A DNA stretch of 63,948 nt, counting the filler, from Sanchytrium tribonematis (lineage: Eukaryota): assembly GCA_018985235.1 (NCBI GenBank). It is 5 parts of 5 records of this genome, joined end to end, with 100 filler letters (N's around TTAATTAATTAA, not from the genome) between each part and the next. Parts side by side here need not be neighbours in the genome. Positions count along the whole stretch, not along the records: positions 51,454 to 63,948 come from JADGIG010000213.1; 4 more parts are not named here. The stretch is one strand, 5' to 3'. Below the pieces are notes generated by a model, which was not told the origin of the DNA, did not search any database, and was given only the letters and a program-made list of their open reading frames with translations. A program made the position numbers and the translations under genes. Shown piece by piece: positions 57,428 to 63,948 of the stretch (position 1 is the stretch's first letter; each line of letters starts with the position of its first letter).

Positions 57428-59209
57428 ATGAAAGAAATATTAAAATTGGATGACTTTTGTAAATATACTTTAATTGATGATAGATTAATACACAAATCCC
57501 ACAAAATTTATCTAAACAAAAAAGAATTGGAGCTAGTACTGTTTAAAAACATAAAGTCCCATAAACAACTGATTTTAGATTTAATAGCTATTTTTCAAGA
57601 AAAAAAGTGTGATTTGAATCCAGCGACAATACAAAGCACTTTATTACCTTTGAGCAACAACATTTACTATCAATTATGCTCTGAAAATGCTTTGAAAAGA
57701 ATCTTAGACAATGACTCATTAACAAATAATGATATGAGAATGCTGTTCCTCACGTACAACATGACCTTTTGTAATAATGTCAACATAATGTTTGGTAACG
57801 TTGCAAGATATTCAGACCCCAAATACAAATCTAATTTCCAAAGTGGGGTTTTTGCTGTTAATGATACTCTAAATGATTATGCTGATGATTACGCGCAATA
57901 TAAAGAAAACAGTCCTGTATTTACAAAACACCAGACAATTGGTCTTTACGGACTATTTGTGCCTATTTCTCATCAACAAAATGTTGAATTGAGCGATGAA
58001 AATAAGGATTTTTCCGTGATGCATCGCGAATTTAATGGAGTAAACACTCCAGGCCTATTGATAGGACCAATTCAGTTTGTAAATCATCAATGTGTGCGAC
58101 CAAATGTTGACATTGTATTTAATTCAGACACCAAACTTACTTATTTGAAAGCAGTTAGAGATATTAAAAATGGAGAAGAATTACTTACATATTACGGTGA
58201 TAATTATTTTGGGGAAACTAATCAGTACTGTCAATGCAAGGTTTGTGAAAAGAAAGAACTAGAATTAGAACCAATTTTCAAATCATCTGAAATCTTAAGA
58301 TTGTATAGAAACTATAGCAGTTATTTCCACCCTAATAAGGATGAATTAAGTGCTTATAAATCTACTTGGAAAGATATGAGTGATCAGATGTATATTGGAT
58401 TTCATGAAATGACCTCCTATGCAGAAATTGCCGAATTTCTTCATCACACGAACCAATTGTTGCTTCCAAACTATCAATGCTACGAGAAAATAGTTACTGA
58501 TAAGCATCAAACTGAAAATAATGAAAGTAGACTCTATATGGAAGATTTGAAAAACAAAATTCATGCCCTTCAACCTGAACTGAAGTTATTTGACAATAAC
58601 AATGAATTATTACCAATACAACAAAATTTATTAATGAGCAAGGAAGTAAAACATTACTATAAATATTTGACCTACTATTGTGCAAGAATCGGCTACACTG
58701 CTCCATATTCACAAGTTTTAAAAGAATTACGTGTTGATAAAACAACAATATTTTGGTTTGAATGTCCTGTTCGTGGTAAGATTGACAAAGAAGGTTATGA
58801 ATTGAAAGGTGCATCTTTACCATATCATGCTAATATTGTCATGTTTGACTGGAAAAAAGAAACAAATACAATTGCAATTACAATTTATGAAGCGGATCCA
58901 AATTACGGTTCTACCAAACAACTGTCATTTCGAAGTCTTACACCATGGGCATTAAACAAAACCATTTCAGATATTATCTCCAAAAAGCATAAAAACAAAT
59001 CATATACAATCGATTTAGTTTGTAATTTCCAAAAAGATAGTGATAAACGTAGAAACTGCTGTAAAAATTTTATTATTAATGAGTCATACAGTTCAAAATA
59101 TAGAATCGCTAGTCGCAATATCGAACCAAAACCTAAAAAAGTCTCTAGAATTAGAGATGACCATATTAGCGAAGCATTAAACTATAAAAAATTTAAAACT
59201 GAGAAATAA
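57428..59209 (+). CDS. SET-domain protein (Set9/SUV4-20-like) with an uncharacterised C-terminal domain
   Basis: LLIGPIQFVNHQCVRPNV, AVRDIKNGEELLTYYGDNYFGETNQYCQCKVCE. Confidence 0.85.
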   Translation: MKEILKLDDFCKYTLIDDRLIHKSHKIYLNKKELELVLFKNIKSHKQLILDLIAIFQEKKCDLNPATIQSTLLPLSNNIYYQLCSENALKRILDNDSLTNNDMRMLFLTYNMTFCNNVNIMFGNVARYSDPKYKSNFQSGVFAVNDTLNDYADDYAQYKENSPVFTKHQTIGLYGLFVPISHQQNVELSDENKDFSVMHREFNGVNTPGLLIGPIQFVNHQCVRPNVDIVFNSDTKLTYLKAVRDIKNGEELLTYYGDNYFGETNQYCQCKVCEKKELELEPIFKSSEILRLYRNYSSYFHPNKDELSAYKSTWKDMSDQMYIGFHEMTSYAEIAEFLHHTNQLLLPNYQCYEKIVTDKHQTENNESRLYMEDLKNKIHALQPELKLFDNNNELLPIQQNLLMSKEVKHYYKYLTYYCARIGYTAPYSQVLKELRVDKTTIFWFECPVRGKIDKEGYELKGASLPYHANIVMFDWKKETNTIAITIYEADPNYGSTKQLSFRSLTPWALNKTISDIISKKHKNKSYTIDLVCNFQKDSDKRRNCCKNFIINESYSSKYRIASRNIEPKPKKVSRIRDDHISEALNYKKFKTEK

Positions 59210-59569
59210 ATAATTTATAAAGTCGGTGCAAATTTCTTCCTACTTTTTTTTGTGTCCAGAACATTCCAAGGAATTTGCAGGGGATTTGTGTTCAAATTTT
59301 CAATGATCAAAAAATATTTCAAATAAATTTTCATGTGAATCTAGGGCGCCCAAGCATTTAATACGTAATATTTTTTATTTAGATCTTCGACTTCGCAAAT
59401 TCTTTGTCACTCTTGACCAATGCCACCAACTTGCTCTGTATCCATTTATTGTTTTCCTGCAAAACACATTTTCGGACGAGTCTTTATTTGAATTTCGAGA
59501 TTTCGACTCTCAAAATTTTTATTATGGAGTATCTAAACGAGATGCCACGCTTGCTGGCCGACTATTTTG

Positions 59570-60030
59570 AAATATCTACTGGTCACAATATTGCGGATGC
59601 ATCAGTTTTTTGGACTAGGATCGATAACCACTGTTCAAGGCACATTGAATCAGTTTATATACTGCAAAATAATGCAAGAGCATTTGCTACCAAAGTGCAA
59701 TTCTGTCAAGACTCTTTTTATACCTGTTTTTCAACAAGAAAACGCACCTTGTCATAATGCTCGTTACATCTGTAACTGGCTTAAACGAAATGATATTGTA
59801 TTAATTGACTAGCCAGCTTGTACCGTAGTCCTAAACTGAACTCAATAGAAGATTTATGGGCGATTACGAAAGAAGACTTGAAAAGTTAGATTTTTTCAAT
59901 GAAGACTCTTTGAGGAATAGTGCAGTAGAATTATGGGAATCCATCCAGAAAAACAACTCAGCTATGCTCTAAAATCTTGCGCTAACATTCAAAACTAAAT
60001 TGAGGAACTGTTTACATGGTGACTTGATCA
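59570..60030 (+). mobile_element. Tc1/mariner (DDE_3) transposase relic
   Basis: GLGSITTVQGTLNQFIY, VFQQENAPCH, WLKRNDIVLID*PA, SPKLNSIEDLW. Confidence 0.85.
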
Positions 60031-60339
60031 ATAAATTTTATTTGTGATTTTTGGCAATAACTCCTGTAGCAAAGTATATTACCAGCTCTACAAATCAAAT
60101 TCCAAGTAGCCAGTAATAATATTACCATGGAAATATTGCGATGCGCTTGTAGTTGATTTGCTATATGGCAGGCTAAAATTTTAATGTCAAAATAAGGACA
60201 AAATAGAACGGCTCATTAATGGATTGGAATGTTCGCCAATCCGTTCATAATGGCCATTAATGGGTAAATTTAGGGAATTTTTAGATTGACGCATCTCTTT
60301 CTCAATAAAAAAGACATCCCATTTATCCATGTTATAGAG

Positions 60340-60890
60340 TATAAACCAGCTCAAATCCACCCCACCATATAATTTTGAAATGTCAATAAATTGATCGATA
60401 ATTACTTAATTCATATATTCATTCATTTTCATTTTCACTACTTAAATCAATGTTTTCTTCTTGTGCTTCCAATCAAGGAACCTTTGCATCAGAATATTCC
60501 TTATCTTTGTGCAACTTCTAACTTTTCTGCAGTCATTGAGTATGTTGTTCCATATAATAATGCATTTACAACATTAGACCAAACTAAAAAGCACTTAAAT
60601 AATGCAATATATTGTGAACCTAAGTAATATAAAACTATCTAAGACAGTTGCTTTTGACATGTTTAATTCCTCAATGTTTCAGTCAAATAACAAGTTTCTT
60701 AATTTTTTTCGATAATTTCAGGAGTCATATTTGCCCATTCCCAGACAATCCAGTCTCTTATTTCTACAGTTCCTTGTCTTTGGGAGATTTCTGGCATGTT
60801 TGGGTCATTCAAATTTGTTTTATTTGTTTGCACTTGCTTTTAAAGCTTGTTGAACAAACTTTAATTCAGAACTGCTTGGTTCGCTAACAA
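60340..60890 (-). mobile_element. Diverged 3' fragment of the same pogo family as 28020-29197
   Basis: 60510-60625 is a diverged reverse complement of 28925-29040; degenerate TIR CCAGCTCAAATCCACCCC near 60346. Confidence 0.8.
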
Positions 60891-61106
60891 TTCAACTGAT
60901 GGGCTTAAACGAAAGTTTAAATTTTAGACTATGTATAAGTTCTCGTTTAAAATTTTATTTGAATTCATCGACTCAGAGCTCCCGTAAATATTATTTAAAT
61001 CTATTGATCACTATTTGATAGAAGCAATAAATAAGCTAGATTTTAATGAAGCTACAATAGATAATTGCAATAATCTAAATAAATTGTATATAATTATTTT
61101 AATTAT

Positions 61107-61711
61107 TTACTTGTAATATTCCTTCTGTTTCTCACTCATGTTTATAACAGATGACACAGTCTTAGCATTCCAAAACTTCTCATTAATATTTAAGAACATG
61201 CACGCTTCAAAATGTACTGGGAACATTGATTGGCGCAAACTTGTCAGTACAAGCTTTGCTTTGCTAAATAAGCGCTCCACCAAGTAGATGTAGCAAAAAT
61301 AAAGCTTAAGTCAATATAATTAGTAGTCTTAAATCTTTTTATCTTTTGTTCAATTAAACCATCAGCAAACTTTAACTCTTCAACTTCAACTACTTCTACA
61401 ACATCATCACGTAATAAAAACGGCTTTAAAACTAGTTTTTCCTCATAGCTAAGCTTATGCTCTTCGTTATCCAGTACTTTCACAACAGCATTTTCAAATA
61501 TGGGACTTTGAACAATCTCGCTTGAAGGAGACAAATGAGATATCATCGATGGATACAAAGCAATAATGCCATCAAACAATGCACTTACATCACTAAGTGT
61601 CAACATTTTCTCTTGTAGCTTCTTTGTTACACTTTCAAATTTTTTCAAATGATCAAGTAATTCTAATAAGAGAGTACGTTGTTGTATAGTCGATGATCGA
61701 CTATGACTCAA
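61107..61711 (-). mobile_element. hAT-like transposase C-terminal relic
   Basis: FESVTKKLQ, LSDVSALFD, IVQSPIFENAVVK, YIDLSFIFATS, then in a shifted frame VERLFSKAK...HFEACMFLNINEKFW. Confidence 0.75.
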
Positions 61712-61786
61712 ATCTTACACCTAATGCTCCATATGCGAGTTGTGTTGATATTTGTAAGATTTGATTTTCCTAATAATTTTTAAAAC

Positions 61787-63948
61787 ATGAATTTTGTTGG
61801 CGATGAAAAGATTATGGCGTACGAATATCAGCCACTAGTAGATCCTTTCAATCCTAAAATTCGCAATAATACCCGTACCAAAATGCTAGCAGCTTTGATT
61901 GCACTGGTTTTATCGTGTTCTTTTATGGCCTATATGGTTTGGCCAACTCTCAAAACCAACTACGTAGCTCAACATGGTTTATTATATAATGAATTTAGAC
62001 TGCCTACTGATGTTCATCCTACCCATTACAATATTGGTTTGGATATTACAATGCCAACTAAGAGTGATAATTCTTCAGTTGTCAAAGGATTTGTGATAAT
62101 GGATATTGAAGTGACTAGTGCTACTGATAAAATTGTATTTCATACAGTAGATCAAGAATTAGAAAATGTTGCCTTGGTCCAAAAAGAGAAAAACTATAAA
62201 ATTGCAAAATCCAATTATAACAAGGAAATGGAATATCAAGTCTTGATATTTGATAAGAAATTAGAAAAGGGATCCTATTCTTTAAGCATGGGATTCAAAT
62301 ATGATACCCGATATGATTTAAGAGGCTTTTATTTGAGTAGTTACAAAACTTCAGAATTCAGTGAGGATTATTGGATTGGAGTTACTCAGTTTGAGGCAAC
62401 AGATGCAAGAAGGGCATTTCCTAATTTTGATGAACCAGATAAAAAGGCCACATATGATATTACTTTACATGTTCCAAAAGAATACCACGCTCTCTCAAAT
62501 ATGCCTATTTCCAGAAAAGTAGATCATGGAGAATCTACTATTTATGAATTCCAAACAACTCCAAAAATGTCATCTTATTTATTGGCATTTGCTGTGAGTC
62601 AATTTGAACCAACAGAAGTGGTTAAAACTGTCAATAATGTCGAAGTAAGATGTTGGACAAGACAAGGAATGACCGATCAAGGTGTGTATGCCGCAGCTGC
62701 AGCAGTCAAGGTTTTGGAAAAGTATACCGAATTATTTGATATCGAGTATCCATTGCCAAAATTGGATATGATTGCCATTCCTTCATTTAGTGCTGGAGCT
62801 ATGGAAAATTGGGGATTCGTGACTTATAGAGACACTGCTATCTTAATTGACCCTAAAATCAGTTCAGAGGGTAATTACCAGCGTGTAGCCACTGTGGTTG
62901 CTCATGAACTGGCTCATCAATGGTAAATTGAATTTATTTAGGTTTGGAAATTTAGTCACCATGCAGTTTTGGGACTCGTTATTTTTAAATGAGGGATTTG
63001 CGACTTTGATGGAGTACAAGGGTACTGCCGCAGTAGCAGATAATTGGAGAATCGATGACCAATTTTACATCATGGATACTTTGAGAGCATTTGATGTAGA
63101 TTCTACTTTAAATACCCATGCGATTCATGTAGATGTTCATTCACCTCATGAAATTGGTAAGATATTTGACGGCATTTCCTATTCAAAAGCAGGAAGTTGT
63201 TTAAAAATGTTGGAATTTTATGTAAATCAGCAAGCGGATGTTTCCACTGGAAATACTGCATTCTTTAAAGGACTACATGATTATTTGTCCAAACATCAAT
63301 ATGGAAATGCAGAAAGAAGAGATTTATGGAAAGCATTAGATGCACCAGGTTTATTTGTTCCAGAAATGATGGAAAGTTGGACAGATCAACCAGGCTATCC
63401 AATCGTGGATATTATTCCATTTGAAGAAGATGGTAAAACATTTGTCAATTTAATTCAGACTAGATTTTTAAGTACTGTCAAAGTGAAGACTGAGGCGCAA
63501 AAAGATCAAAAATGGATGATCCCGTTTAGTTATCAAGTTTATTCAAAGGAAGATGGGAAAATTTCTAAAGGACCTGTCCAATTTATTTTATTAAAAGAAA
63601 AAGAGACTAAAGTGCATATTCCAGATGCCAAAGGAAATTGGATAATTAAAGGCAATGTGGATCAAACTGGATTTTATAGAGTGGGGTTGCCATTTGAGTG
63701 GTACGAAGTTGCCAAAGACTGGTTTGAAGAAGATTTAAATGTCATGAGTACAATGGACAGAGCAGGTTTCTTAGAAGATGCTTTAGCTATTGTTTTAACG
63801 GGACAAACAGACCACCCAGAGAGATTATTCGCATTAACTAAATTTTTAAAGAATGAAAGAGATTATATTGTTTGGTCTACTGCTTTGAATCGATTTGCTG
63901 AGATTGAAGGTGCTTTACGAATTTCACCATTTTATAGCGAATTGAAAT
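61787..63948 (+). CDS. M1 aminopeptidase with N-terminal TM anchor; exon 1 61787-62922, exon 2 from 62942 to the window end
   Basis: TQFEATDARRAFPNFDEP, GAMENWG, HELAHQW|FGNLVTM, LNEGFAT, FDGISYSK. Confidence 0.95.
62923..62941 (+). other. 19-nt intron in aminopeptidase: GTAAATTGAATTTATTTAG
   Basis: Removal joins TG|G and restores HELAHQWFGNLVT. Confidence 0.93.

Overview
AT-rich eukaryotic DNA made of five contig pieces joined by artificial 100-bp N/TTAATTAATTAA/N linkers (12853-12952, 25797-25896, 38661-38760, 51354-51453), so gene adjacency across linkers is meaningless. The content points to a very compact, intron-poor fungal genome, probably early-diverging (inference): histone H4 with TSLDVVY, a chitin deacetylase, ARG7 and a GT32 mannosyltransferase. 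Piece 1 is a graveyard of decayed transposons (gypsy, two LINEs, Crypton, Harbinger). Piece 2 has a tandem array of M43 metalloproteases, secreted orphan proteins, MPI and PP1. Piece 3 has H4, nested pogo elements, PTC7, a cellular RdRP and a double-NodB deacetylase. Piece 4 is dense housekeeping DNA (UFD2, NDUFA12, NOG2, RAD17, bHLH, a degenerate Dicer-like gene, ARG7, bL36m, two tRNAs, MTAP). Piece 5 has a Helitron flanked by F-box and SET-domain genes, more TE relics and an M1 aminopeptidase. The main discovery is four independent introns, each exactly 19 nt long, with the shared consensus GTAWWWTNRATTNAYNTAG. This suggests a fixed-length ultra-short spliceosomal intron system.
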